This document shows, in pieces, positions 10,535 to 23,251 of a stretch of 64,000 bases of DNA. The translations under genes were made by a program, and so were the position numbers. The notes below the pieces were generated by a model. It searched no databases. It had not been told where the DNA came from and saw only the letters and a program-made list of their open reading frames with translations. Positions within the stretch are counted from its first letter, which is position 1; each line of letters begins with the position of its first letter. Source of the stretch: Novakomyces olei (taxonomy: Eukaryota); assembly GCA_016906335.1 (NCBI GenBank), contig JADEYG010000004.1, positions 1,426,001 to 1,490,000 of the forward strand, written 5' to 3'.

Positions 10535-13500
10535 TCATAGCTTCGGCTTAGCCGGGTGTAATCTGTGAAATTCTTTCACTAAATCGTCGCAATTTGTCAA
10601 ATTGCCTGCCGGCTCCCAAGTGCGATTAGCACTATCGTATCCCTTCCAATGTACGAAATATTCCAATTTGTTTCTTCGCTTCCTTGAGTCCAACACTTCC
10701 TCTACCTCCCACTCTGGTGTATTCTCGATAATTATTGGTGGTGGTGGTGCTGTCTGCTGTCGCACAATCGTAGACGTAGACTTGTACGATTCCAATAAAG
10801 AAGCATGGAATACTGGATGTATTCTCATCGTGTTCGGTAAATCCAACTTGTATGCACGTAAACCGATACGTTTCAAGATTGTAAAGGGTCCAATCTTCTT
10901 GTAATCTAACTTGTCGCTTGGCCTAGTGGTACTGATGTTCTTTCTCACTAGCCATACTTTCTGACCGACTTCAAAATCCTTGTCGACACGGTGCGTATTA
11001 GCAAACCGTGCTTGATCGCTAATGGCATGTTTGATTTCAATCTGTAAAAGGCGATGTAGTGTTCGCAAGAAATCAATCCGATTGTCCGCCGATGGACATT
11101 GCCGTGCTGTTGCTATCGTAAAACGGCATTTGGGGTGATACCCATATAAAGCGTAACTAGGCGTCGCTTTTATTGATGATTGCTCAGTATTGTTATATGC
11201 GAACTGTGCAAAAGGTAGCAAGTTTACCCAATTCGTTTGTTGGTAATTGCTGTAAATTCTCAAATATTGCTCGAGGCTCTGATTAAGCCTTTCCGTTTGT
11301 CCATCGCTCTGGGGATGGTACGCAGTTGATAACCTTTGCTTGATATCACAATGTGCGAGTAAATGCTTCGTAAAATGTGATACGAAAACTGATCCACGAT
11401 CTGAGATAATTTCTTCTGGCAGTCCAAAGTTAGCAAATACTCTGTGAGCGTATAGCAATGCTAGTTCTTTCGCGCTCATGGTCTCGCATATTGGTACAAA
11501 GATGCCTATCTTCGTAAAGCGACATACTATAACCCAAATTGAGTCGTAGTCTTTGCCTGTGATGACATCTCTTGACACCGGGAGCTTCACAATGAAGTCC
11601 ATAGCAATGCTTTCCCAAGGCTTTGTAGGTACTCGCAACGAATGTAATAGACCGTAGGGAGCATGATGCGATGATTTACTTCGTGCGCAAGTGTCGCATG
11701 ACTCCACATAGTTAAATACGTCCTTTCGCATCCTTGGCCAGTAATAGTTCCTTGTCACAAGCTCTAGCGTCTTAGCCTGTCCGGGGTGACCTGAAGTCTG
11801 CGAATCATGACATTCTTGCATGATTGATAATCGCAAATCGTTGTCTCTGGGTATGTAAATCAAACCCGAGAACATTAAAAGACCTTCCTTGTCCATTGTA
11901 TAATTCTCCAAATGAGCAGCATCGGGCTTGCTCTTTAACTCCTCAATAATATTTTTGCAAATGCTGTCCTTCTCGTAGCATTTCTTAACATCCTGTGCTA
12001 GCGTTTTGTTGTCCTCAATCGCAAACACAAATTGCGATTTGTCCAAAAGCACCATTGTTCGTTCTGGCTTTTCCTCCTCTTCGCTGCTAACGTAATCGCT
12101 TCTTCGCGATAAGGAGTCAGCCTTGTGGTTAAACTTTCCCGCACGATACACGATCACAAAATCGTAAGACGCAAGTAACTGCGACCAGCGCATTTGCCGT
12201 CTATTCAGGACACGCGCGGTCCAAAAGTACACAAGATTGCGATGATCCGTGTATATCGTGGTTTTGTGAAGGGGACTCTCCAAGTATACCCTCCATTCCC
12301 GAAGACATACAACAATAGCTAATAGCTCCTTGTCGTGAATGTCGTAGTTCGTCTCTGCGCTTGTCATCTTGCGCGAGTAAAATGCGATTGGTCTCATGTC
12401 GCCGTTTTCATCCTTTTGCGAAAGGATCCCGCCTATCGCAAAATCTGAGGCGTCCGTTTCCAAGAAGCTCGGCTTTTGTGGATCGAAGTGCACAAGAATA
12501 GGTGCGCCTAAGAATGCATCCTTCAACGCATTGAATGACTCCCTGCATTCGTCGCTAAACACGAACTTTGTATCCTTCTTTAAAAGCCGGGTAAGAGGTG
12601 CCGTAATCTTGCTGTAGTTGGCGATGAATCTTCGGTAATAGTTCGCCAGTCCCAGGAACGACATAACCTCCTTAACATTCTTTGGCTCGGGCCATGTTTC
12701 AATCGATTTGACCTTCGTATTTTCCATCGACACACCTTTCGTTGAAATCACGAAGCCAAGAAACTCCGTTGTGTCGGTATGGAATTCGCATTTCTCCAAT
12801 TTGACAAATAAATTTGCCTTGCGAAGTCTCTCCAATACTCCGCGCACGTGCTCCACGTGTTCTTCCTCTGTATTTGAGTAAATCAGTATATGTCCAAGTA
12901 AACGACAACATATCGATCCAGGCAATCTCGCAAAGTGTCGTTGGCGAGTGCTTGAAACGAAGCCGGGGCATTCGTAAGCCCAAACGGCATGACTTGGTAC
13001 TCGTAGTGGCCGTACCTCGTACGAAAGGCCGTTTTCCATTCGTCGCCTTTTCGTATCCTAACCAAATTATATGCACCGCGAAGATCCAGTCGCGTAAAAA
13101 TAGTTGCTTGGCGAATGCGATCTAGAAGTTCGGATATAAGCGGTAATGCATATCTGTTTTTGACAGTGATTGCGTTCAGACCGCGATAGTCAACGCATAA
13201 TCTAAGCGATCCATCTTTCTTTTTGACAAATAAGATCGGCGCCCCCGCGGGCGACGACGACGGTCGTATAAAACCTTTAGCGAGGTTTTCCTTGATATAA
13301 TCTCTCAGCGTTTGCAATTCGCGTTCGGCGAGCGGGTAGATCGGACCAAAAGGCGGCTTTGCATTTTCGGCCAAGGGTATCGCATGATCCCAAGGTTGAT
13401 GTTTCGGCAAAACGTCCGCGTTCTTCTTCTCAAATAGGTCGCGATATCCCTCGTAGAACCCAGGCAATGTAACGCGAGGCTTGATATCTTGCTCGTCCGT

Positions 13501-14082
13501 TGCGTACACACATAAAATACCTGATTCTCCATTACGAGCCAATCTTGCAAATTCGGTTGCGCTGACTTGCATGAATTCGGATAATGTACTGCACTTCAAA
13601 CAGTTCGCCAAACAGTAGTTCGACTTAAACTCGACGTTTGCGCGACTCCATCCGATCGTAGTCTCATGCTTGTCCAACCATGGCTTGCCCAAGATAGCAT
13701 CGTATCCACGAAGAGGTATGACATTGAAGGTCATCCTTTCTCGATGTTCGCCAATTGATATATCCATCTCGCTGGTGTGAAAGCGAATACCTCCTGACTT
13801 GATTGTCCTTCCATCAACGACTCTGATGGGCTCGGTCTCGCTCTTCTCCGTAAGCTTAATAAAAGCATGCGATGCGAGCTTCTCGCTGATAAAATTAGAG
13901 GTAGCTCCTGAGTCAATCAGGGCTCTCGCGTTCAACTCTCCATCCTCTGTCTTGACTTTCACGACGACAGTCAGATGCTTTGCTTTGTCCGGTTCCGTAA
14001 AAACTGTCATAACTTCTGGTGGCCTAAATTGTTGTTTGCCCAGATCAGGCCTTTTCATTGGACCTGGGCGTTCGCTTTTCCC
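10535..14082 (-). CDS. A pol: protease, RT, RNase H, integrase, chromodomain (small frameshift at ~12890)
   Basis: [52 protein letters not shown]...TWEP. Confidence 0.93.
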
Positions 14083-14987
14083 AAATCGGAAAATTCGTGC
14101 GTGAATGCAGCGACGTGTTGCTGATTGTACGTCTTCTTCTTCTGCTTGCATTCTCTTGCTCGATGACCCACGCGTCCACAGTTAAAGCATTTGATGTTGC
14201 TTTTGCGATGGTTGTCATCTTCCTTTTCTAAACTAATCGCGTCCACATCCATAGGAGTAAAACTTGTACTCGCGTTTGCAGCCGGGCGGTTGTTGGAATA
14301 TTTCACGGAACCGCGGCTTGCACTCTCGATGTGCCTGTCGGATATTCTTCCATCCACGCGAACTGAAATCTCAATCATTTCATTCAAAGTGCGGGGTCTG
14401 TCCATCCTGGAAAGCTCATCCTTGATGCGATCCTTCAGCCCCTGATAATACATGAACGTCAGCGCACTGTCATTGAAATCCAAGTACGAAGCAATTCTTT
14501 GAAAAATGCTCGCATAAGATGCTGCTGATCCACGTTGTCTCAAGGCGGCTAACTCTCTTTGCGCCTGACTCACCCTGTCGACCTTGCCGAAATTCGCGGC
14601 CAACGCTTCGCAAAAGGCTTCAAAAGTAGGTACTACCGAAGCGAAGTCGTTGTCGCGAAGGTGTGGTTCGAACCACGCAAATGCGGCGTCCCGCAAATAC
14701 GAAGCTGCGAACAAAACCTTCGAACGCTCGTCGCGAAACTCGTGCGGTTTCAACATGATGTAAAGGCGAAGCTGCGCCAAAAAATTCTCGACCATTCTGC
14801 GGTCCCCACGAAACGCGTCGGGCTTCATCACCGCTGGTCCGTCACTCGTCGGAGCTCTCTTAGCTCGCGAACCGATCTCCTGGGTCAGATGCGCAATGTG
14901 CGATCGCCCTTTCTCGTTCTCTGCCTTCAACTCGGCAATCTGAGCTTGCAGGGATTGCAAAAAGGTGTTAAGCTCCTCTTGCGACAT
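14055..14987 (-). CDS. A gag
   Basis: [38 protein letters not shown]. Confidence 0.93.
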   Translation of the reverse strand: MSQEELNTFLQSLQAQIAELKAENEKGRSHIAHLTQEIGSRAKRAPTSDGPAVMKPDAFRGDRRMVENFLAQLRLYIMLKPHEFRDERSKVLFAASYLRDAAFAWFEPHLRDNDFASVVPTFEAFCEALAANFGKVDRVSQAQRELAALRQRGSAASYASIFQRIASYLDFNDSALTFMYYQGLKDRIKDELSRMDRPRTLNEMIEISVRVDGRISDRHIESASRGSVKYSNNRPAANASTSFTPMDVDAISLEKEDDNHRKSNIKCFNCGRVGHRARECKQKKKTYNQQHVAAFTHEFSDLGKANAQVQ

Positions 14988-15322
14988 CTTGTCTCTCGTA
15001 CCGCAAAACTCGTAATCGTAATCGTTCTTCCAGAACCGTTCTTCGTAAATTGTTCACTCAATCGTCGACTATCCAAGCCGATACTCAATAACTCAAAATA
15101 ACTGTGTTTCACCGGAACACTCGATAACTCAAAATTCTCAAACTCGAATCCACGTCCTTCCTCGACGCTTTAACCGTTTTAACTTCCGTAAAAATCCGTA
15201 AAAATAAGTACCGAACCGCGTCTTTGACTCGACGTCCGAAACTCTCTCGAATCCGAAGGAAATAAAACACAAACAATTCCAAAAAACTTCAAACTTCAAC
15301 GACCGGGACGGGTTGATTATAG

Positions 15323-15952
15323 TGTAAGACGGTCCTTACAGCTACAATCGCTGGAGGCCGGCCGTGTATAGTTTAAATAAAGTAAAGGAATAAGAAAGAC
15401 CAGGAAAGCAGAAAGCGATTACTGTAAAGCTTACCAGGAGTAATATAATGTATTACTCCCACTTTGAGATAATCAACCGTGAAGGGCGAGAGGCCTTCAC
15501 GGGCAACTATAAACTAAACTAAGTTGCGGAGGAGCGGATGCTCCTTCGCATTCTAAACTACTCTTCCCAAACTAACTTATGCGAAGGTCGCACAAGTTAG
15601 AGCGGGAAGCTCTCAACCTAAACTAGACTATGGAAATAACTATGAATGTTCTCGCGCTAGCGGAGTGCGAAGGGTCGCACTCGCTAGCGTGCGAGAATGA
15701 GAACGGGAAGCGAGGTCCGTGCACATTGTGCATGGAGCCCCTCGCTCCCGTGGGCCAAGCTGGCTTAGTGCGCGTACCTACATGCGCACTAAGACAACTT
15801 CTACGTCCCAAGACCATCGCATTACGCGCCGACTGGTCTTGGGCCGCGTTGGCGAAGCTTGCGACGCGCGGACATCCCAAGTCCGACTACAGGCGTCGCC
15901 CCTCGCTTCCCAACGCGGTTGTCAGGAACTCGCCAAGGCGAGGATCATGACA
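15323..15952 (-). repeat. A 5' LTR
   Basis: Matches 9327-9957 apart from a 1-nt indel seen by eye. Confidence 0.95.
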
Positions 15953-15957
15953 AGTTC

Positions 15958-16686
15958 AGCAAGACATAATACTCAAGCCATTTAACCCAGAGCCTCTGAA
16001 CAATGGAACAGAGAAATTATTCATGGGAATAGATGCCTCTCTAGTGGGCACTGGAGGTTGGCTAGGTCAAGGAAAAGAATGGCAAACATGCAGAATAATT
16101 GGGTTTACCTCTAAGAAACTTGGAATAGCAGAATCCCACTATCCAGTTCACGAACTTGAATATCTAGCATGCATCAGAGCATTGGAGCATTTCGAAATAT
16201 ATGCTAGAGGATATCAGGTAAATTGTTTGACAGACAATAAAGCATTAAGTCGTCTTCTTTACTCGAAGAACGTTATGCTGTCGCGACGTCATCTACGATG
16301 GATGGATTTTTTGAATGAATTTGACATCAATATTATACACGTGCCAGGAACACTTAACGTCTTAGCAGACTTATTGTCACGCTCTCATTCACACTCAAAG
16401 GTCGCTGCAATCTCTATTGAACAAACTCCAAATACAGATATAGATGAAGAGATACAAAATCTCTATCTCAAGGATACACATTGGGCAGAAATACTCGCAA
16501 TATTGAAAAGCAATGAAGAAAATCCAGATACCGAAAAACTTAAATCAAGATATTATCTCAAAGATAATCTCATTCACCTCAAATTTGATGACCGAATCTG
16601 TATTCCTTCAGGCTTCACAAACAAGATAATACAAGAACTTCATGACACATATCAAGGAGGACATGGAGGAATAAATAAGACAATAG
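15958..16686 (+). pseudogene. B3 RNase H region (first copy of a tandem RT-RNase H duplication)
   Basis: GIDASLVGTGG, ELEYLA, TDNKAL; repeated at ~17628-18356. Confidence 0.88.
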
Positions 16687-19574
16687 TCCACCAAGCAAAT
16701 TGCCTATAATGAGACCAGTGGTTGCAACATACGAGCCGATCGACCCACACAAAAAGTACAATATCAAAAAGTGGTATCCAAGCAAGAAGCTAATGATGCC
16801 CTTAAAGCTGAAAATTGATGAACTTCTACACGCCAAAATGATATCAATTTCTACAGAAGAGCCAAGTGCCATATTATTTCCTATTCCTAAAGACAAAGAC
16901 ATGGTCAACAAGCTCACAGATCCAAAAGAAATCAAGAATTATCTGCGATTTGTCAATGACGCTAGACCTCGGAATGCGAACATGAAACGCTTTTACATTC
17001 AGGTTCCTCGCATTGACATTGTAGTTCAAGATATTGCCAGAGCAAAATACAGAACTAAGATTGACTTGAAGGACGCTTTCTTCCAATCTAGAATACAGCC
17101 TGGGCAAGAACATTATACGGCATTTTGGACGCCATTTGGAATATACCAATGGAATGTGATGCCACAAGGAGATCGAAACTCTACTGCTATACAACAGCAG
17201 CTTATGGAGGAATTATTCAGACCCTACATTGGCATTTGGATGACAGTATATGTTGACGACATCATCATATACGATGACGATGTCCAGGAACACTTGGATC
17301 ACCTAGTGATTGTCTTTGGAATAATGTCTAAATGGGAACTATACGCTAGTCCAGCCAAGACCTTTCCATTCTGCAAAAGCTTTGTGGTACTAGGCAGACA
17401 GATCAGTGATGAAGGAATCAAGATGACTGAAAAATCAAGAAGCTCCATACTACGACTAGAAACTCCAAAGAACATGAAACAAATACAGAGACTGGTGGGC
17501 ATGCTAAACTGGATTTCAACGTTCATACCCAATTTATCGTCATACATCTCAACGTTCACTGAAATGAAGGAGTTTTCGTGGGATGAAACTAAGCAGAAAG
17601 GATTTGACAAAATAAAGTCTGCAGTTCAGCAAGACATAATACTCAAGCCATTTAACCCAGAGCCTCTGAACAATGGAACAGAGAAATTATTCATGGGAAT
17701 AGATGCCTCTCTAGTGGGCACTGGAGGTTGGCTAGGTCAAGGAAAAGAATGGCAAACATGCAGAATAATTGGGTTTACCTCTAAGAAACTTGGAATAGCA
17801 GAATCCCACTATCCAGTTCACGAACTTGAATATCTAGCATGCATCAGAGCATTGGAGCACTTCGAAATATATGCTAGAGGATATCAGGTAAATTGTTTGA
17901 CAGACAATAAAGCATTAAGTCGTCTTCTTTACTCGAAGAACGTTATGCTGTCGCGACGTCATCTACGATGGATGGATTTTTTGAATGAATTTGACATCAA
18001 TATTATACACGTGCCAGGAACACTTAACGTCTTAGCAGACTTATTGTCACGCTCTCATTCACACTCAAAGGTCGCTGCAATCTCTATTGAACAAACTCCA
18101 AATACAGATATAGATGAAGAGATACAAAATCTCTATCTCAAGGATACACATTGGGCAGAAATACTTACAATATTGAAAAGCAATGAAGAAAATCCAGATA
18201 CCGAAAAACTTAAATCAAGATATTATCTCAAAGATAATCTCATTCACCTCAAATTTGATGACCGAATCTGTATTCCTTCAGGCTTCACAAACAAGATAAT
18301 ACATGAACTTCATGACACATATCAAGGAGGACATGGAGGAATAAATAAGACAATAGCCGGTGTTGCGCGGACTTATTATTGGCCAGCAATGGCAAAAGAA
18401 ATTAAGGACTATGTGAAGTCGTGCGAGACGTGTGCTAAGAGCAAAATTACACCTCACAAGCCCATTGGTTTACTACAAGAGCTGAACATACCAAAGGCTC
18501 GATGGGAAACCATTGGAATGGATTTCATTACTGGGCTTCCTTTATCTGGAAAGGAAAAATACGATGCAATAATTTGTATTGTTGACCGACTCACCAAACG
18601 CGCACATTTTTGGCCAACACACACAACTATAACCGCTGAAGGCACAGCAGCTCTATTCTTGGATCGATATTTCTGCCTACATGGTCTACCAAAAATAATT
18701 ATTAGTGACCGAGATGTCAGGTTTATGTCAGAGTTTTGGACACAACTCACAAAGGTTCTTGAAGTCAAACTCAAACCATCATCAAGCTATCACCCACAAA
18801 CAAATGGGCAAACGGAAAGAACAAACAGGGTTCTCGAAGATTACCTACGCCTATTTACATATGCCAATCGTAACAACTTCACATGGCACAAATTGCTTTC
18901 GTTTGCAGAATTCTTCTATTCCTCAAGCAAACACTCTGCTATCTCGATGACTCCATTTGAAGCTGACCTAGGATACAATCCAAGAAGCTTAAGTGATCTT
19001 GCAATATCTATTCCACAAAGTCAAGACAATTCATCATTCCTTGAAACTCTAGCAGCTAATCAAATACTCTGTCAAGATGCCATAAGAGCCGCACATGACT
19101 TATCAAAGATTTATGCAGACAAAAACAGACTCAACATTGAATATGAAGTCAACGACTATGTATACCTGAGTACTGCAAACATTCGAGAAATACCTGAACT
19201 ATTTCAACATGACTTGACCAGAAAACTTCAATCCAAATACATTGGACCATACAAAATTGTTAAAAAGGTCAGTCCAGTGGCATATGAACTGGAACTACCC
19301 ACAAATTTAAAATATCATTCAGTTGTTCATATCTCACAACTCAAAAAGCACAATGCAATGACTGAACAGAACGAACGTGAACAACCAAAACCAAAAGCTT
19401 TGCGACGCTATAAAGATAATACAGAACTTTATGCTATACAAAGCATAGTTGACCACGCTTGGTTCAGAGCTGACAAAAAGTCTACAACACCTAAAAAAGG
19501 CTACACCTTACTTTACCGAGTTCGCTGGGAAGGATACAATCCTGAGGAAGACACATGGGAGCCAAAACAACACC
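16687..19574 (+). CDS. B3 pol: RT, RNase H, integrase, chromodomain (interrupted at the chromodomain end; completes 20482-~20570)
   Basis: YVDD, zinc-binding H...H...CETC, SDRD, HPQTNGQTER, KYIGPY, YRVRWEGY...TWEP. Confidence 0.93.
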
Positions 19575-20476
19575 TGTGAGGGTAACTCACTGTTGTAACA
19601 AATAAATTAAAAGATAGAAAAAACTATGTTCTAAACTATGGGAAACCGTGTCCTTTTTATAGACTCCTGTAATGGATTAATAATTCATTGTCCGAAAGCC
19701 CGAAATGGCGTGATTAATTATGAGTCAGCCTTGACTAATCATGAGTCAGCTTCCGCTATGGCGTGATTAATTATTAATCAAATGCCGAGGTTCCAGATTT
19801 AATCCGTACACGTTTAGGACCCTTTGAGTAATTCAATGTTTAATTTTAATCCGTACACGTTTAGGACCCTTTAAGTAATTCAATGTTTAATTATTTATTA
19901 TCTACACTCCTAACATCCTCCCCCACTAATTCGAGATGTGTCGAATTGTAGTTGTCAAGGAGTTGTCTGGAATGTAGTAGGTGTTGTTTTGGCTCCCATG
20001 TGTCTTCCTCAGGATTGTATCCTTCCCAGCGAACTCGGTAACGTAAGGTGTAGCCTTTTTTAGGTGTTGTAGACTTTTTGTCAGCTCTGAACCAAGCGTG
20101 GTCAACTATGCTTTGTATAGCATAAAGTTCTGTATTATCTTTATAGCGTCGCAAAGCTTTTGGTTTTGGTTGTTCACGTTCGTTCTGTTCAGTCATTGCA
20201 TTGTGCTTTTTGAGTTGTGAGATATGAACAACTGAATGATATTTTAGATTTGTGGGTAGTTCCAGTTCATATGCCACTGGACTGACCTTTTCAACAATTT
20301 TGTATGGTCCAATGTATTTGGATTGAAGTTTTCTGGTCAAGTCATGTTGAAATAGTTCAGGTATTTCTCGAATGTTTGCAGTACTCAGGTATACATAGTC
20401 GTTGACTTCATATTCAATGTTGAGTCTGTTTTTGTCTGCATAAATCTTTGATTATTTATTATCTACACTCCTAACA
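19575..20476 (-). mobile_element. Internally deleted B3-family mini-element (26 bp of 5' LTR + pol 3' end + PPT + full 3' LTR) inserted antisense into B3 chromodomain
   Basis: TSD ACACC at 19570-19574 and 20477-20481; LTR 19575-19915; LTR stub 20451-20476. Confidence 0.85.
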
Positions 20477-20545
20477 ACACCTACTACATTCCAGACAACT
20501 CCTTGACAACTACAATTCGACACATCTCGAATTAGTGGGGGAGGA

Positions 20546-20886
20546 TGTTAGGAGTGTAGATAATAAATAATTAAACATTGAATTACTTAAAGGGTCCTAA
20601 ACGTGTACGGATTAAAATTAAACATTGAATTACTTAAAGGGTCCTAAACGTGTACGGATTAAATCTGGAACCTCGGCATTTGATTAATAATTAATCACGC
20701 CATAGCGGAAGCTGACTCATGATTAGTCAAGGCTGACTCATAATTAATCACGCCATTTCGGGCTTTCGGACAATGGATTATTAATCCATTACAGGAGTCT
20801 ATAAAAAGGACACGGTTTCCCATAGTTTAGAACATAGTTTTTTCTATCTTTTAATTTATTTGTTACAACAGTGAGTTACCCTCACA
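20546..20886 (+). repeat. B3 3' LTR
   Basis: Follows PPT gggggagga, ends CCCTCACA. Confidence 0.92.
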
Positions 20887-20891
20887 GAGCG

Positions 20892-22377
20892 AGTTAAATT
20901 GCGCCGTTGCAAGACTTAGAACTTCTGATCTATTGATTGGCATGGGAACACTAAGTAAGCTTGGGGCAATTGTGAACACTCGCAAACGACATATACAATG
21001 GCAGGACGATGCAAATGAAAGAAGGTTTGTCAAGCCAGAAGTACTTCCTGTAGTCAGCTCAATAACAATTGATTACAACAAGAGAATTGAAGTCCAACAA
21101 GTTACAAATGAGGACTTGGTTGACCCAGAAAAAGTACTGCAGATACTTCAAGACAAGTTTGATCAAACTTTGATCAAGGATCCTCCAAGCAAGTTGCCTA
21201 TAATGAGACCTGTGGTTGCTACATATGAGCCAATTGATCCAGAAAAAAGGTATAACATAAAAAGTGGTACCCAAGCAAAAAGCTTATGTTGCCTCTGAAA
21301 GTAAAGATTGATGAGCTTTTAGAGGCAAAGATGATCTCAATCTCTAGCGAAGAACCTAGTGCAATATTGTTTCCAATTCCCAAAGACAAAGAAATGGTTA
21401 ACAAGCTAACAGATCCTAAAGAAATAATTAAATATTTGAGATTTGTTAATGATGCTCGACCTCGCAATGCAAACATGAAGCGTTTCTACATTCAAGTACC
21501 ACGTATTGACATAGTTGTACAAGACATTGCCCGAGCAAAATACAGAACTAAGATTGATTTGAAGGACGCTTTCTTTCAATCAAGAATACAACCCGGACAG
21601 GAACACTACACGGCATTCTGGACACCATTTGGGATATATCAGTGGAACGTCATGCCTCAAGGAGATCGTAATTCCACTGCTATACAGCAACAACTTATGG
21701 AGGAGCTCTTCAGACCTTACATTGGAATATGGATGACAGTCTATGTCGATGACATAATAATATATGACGATGATGTCCAAGCACATCTGGACCATCTGGT
21801 GCTAGTTTTTTGTATTATGTCAAAGTGGGAACTATACGCGAGTCCAACCAAAACATTTCCGTTTTGCAAGAACTTTGTTGTGCTGGGGAGACAAATTAGT
21901 GATGAAGGAATCAAAATGACTGATAAATCAAAAAACTCCATACTGCGACTGGAACCACCAAAGAATATTAAGCAAGTACAAAGATTGGTTGGAATGCTGA
22001 ATTGGGTTTCAACGTTCATACCAAACTTATCCTCTCACATTTCAACATTCACTGAGATGAAGGATTTTTCTTGGGACGAAACAAAACAAAAAGGCTTTGA
22101 TAAAGTCAAGAAAGCAGTTCAGCACGACATAGTACTTTCACTATTTGACCCTGAGCCCCTGAATAATGGTACAGAAAAACTATTCATGGGAATAGATGCT
22201 TCACTAGTTGGTACAGGTGGATGGCTAGGACAAGGACAAGACTGGAGAAAATGCAGAGTAATAGGCTTCACGTCGAAAAAATTAGGGATAGCTGAATCAC
22301 ACTATCCTGTACATGAACTTGAATATCTTGCATGCATACGAGCTCTTGATCATTTTGAAATATATGCTCGAGGTTAC
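20892..22377 (+). pseudogene. B2 protease end, RT, RNase H start (frameshift ~21260), interrupted by C
   Basis: YVDD, DASLVGTGG; close paralog of B3 pol. Confidence 0.9.
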
Positions 22378-23082
22378 TGTCATGATCCCCGCCTCGCGTG
22401 AACCACGACAGCGAACGACGCCTGAAGTCCTGTAGCGCCAAAGGCGATGACTTCAGGCTAGATAGATCTAAATAGCTCGCGCGAGGTAATGTTGGACATT
22501 ACTCGCGCGAAGCGCGTAAGTGGCCTAGCTCGCGAGCAGGTTGGACCTGGCTCGCGCGAAGCAGGTCCACGTCCATGCCCGCGCGACGTAGGCACGTCGC
22601 GGCGCATGACAGTAGTAGTAGCGATCGCGCATCGCTACGAAGCTAGATAGATCGATCCATAGAGTTCATAGCTCGCCACCGCTTTCCCAATGCGGATGGT
22701 CTGGGACCATCGCATTGAGATCGTGGTGGGATGAGGCTTAGGCCGCGAAGTGGCTAAGCGAGCCGCTAAGCCTCATAGGATAGTCTACATAGTCGCCCAT
22801 GGAGAGAACTCTCTCCACGGGCTTATAATCTCAAAGTTGCTACATAACCTTGTAGCAGGTAAGCTTTAGAGAAGCGCCGTCGCCTTTTCAAGGACAACGT
22901 CCTTTTCCTTTTCCTTAGTTCTTGCGCCGGGCGCAAGTCTACGTTCCCGTTTCTCGGTACTCGCTTCGCGCGGTACCCGATTGAACTTCCTTTGTCGAGC
23001 GGTCTCGCAAAGGACAGTCCGTGTTCGCCTGTAGCGACACGCGAGTTTACACCGCGGTGCTCCCCTCTAAGGGCCACCTACA
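22378..23082 (+). repeat. C 5' LTR
   Basis: TGTCATGATCC...TACA. Confidence 0.95.
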
Positions 23083-23251
23083 CTATTATAAGCCGTGAGC
23101 TCGTCTAAGCTACAGATTTACACGGCGTTGAAAGGTGTCACGCACGGAGGCGTACACAAATTTCGATTTACAAGTTTTATTTCGCACTAAGTTGTTGCGA
23201 CGAAGGGTGCTTTGCTACGGTTTAGCAGCACAAACGAATTATTGAATTACG

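Larger units (their letters stand above)
9327..15952 (-). mobile_element. Full-length Gypsy chromovirus 'A' (Tf1/Maggy-like) inserted into B3 RT
   Basis: Near-identical LTRs 9327-9957 and 15323-15952, TSD AGTTC (9322-9326; 15953-15957), PPT at ~9961-9975. Confidence 0.95.
5979..20886 (+). mobile_element. Gypsy chromovirus B3 inserted into B2 protease
   Basis: LTRs 5979-6301 and 20546-20886; TSD GAGCG at 5974-5978 and 20887-20891. Confidence 0.92.
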
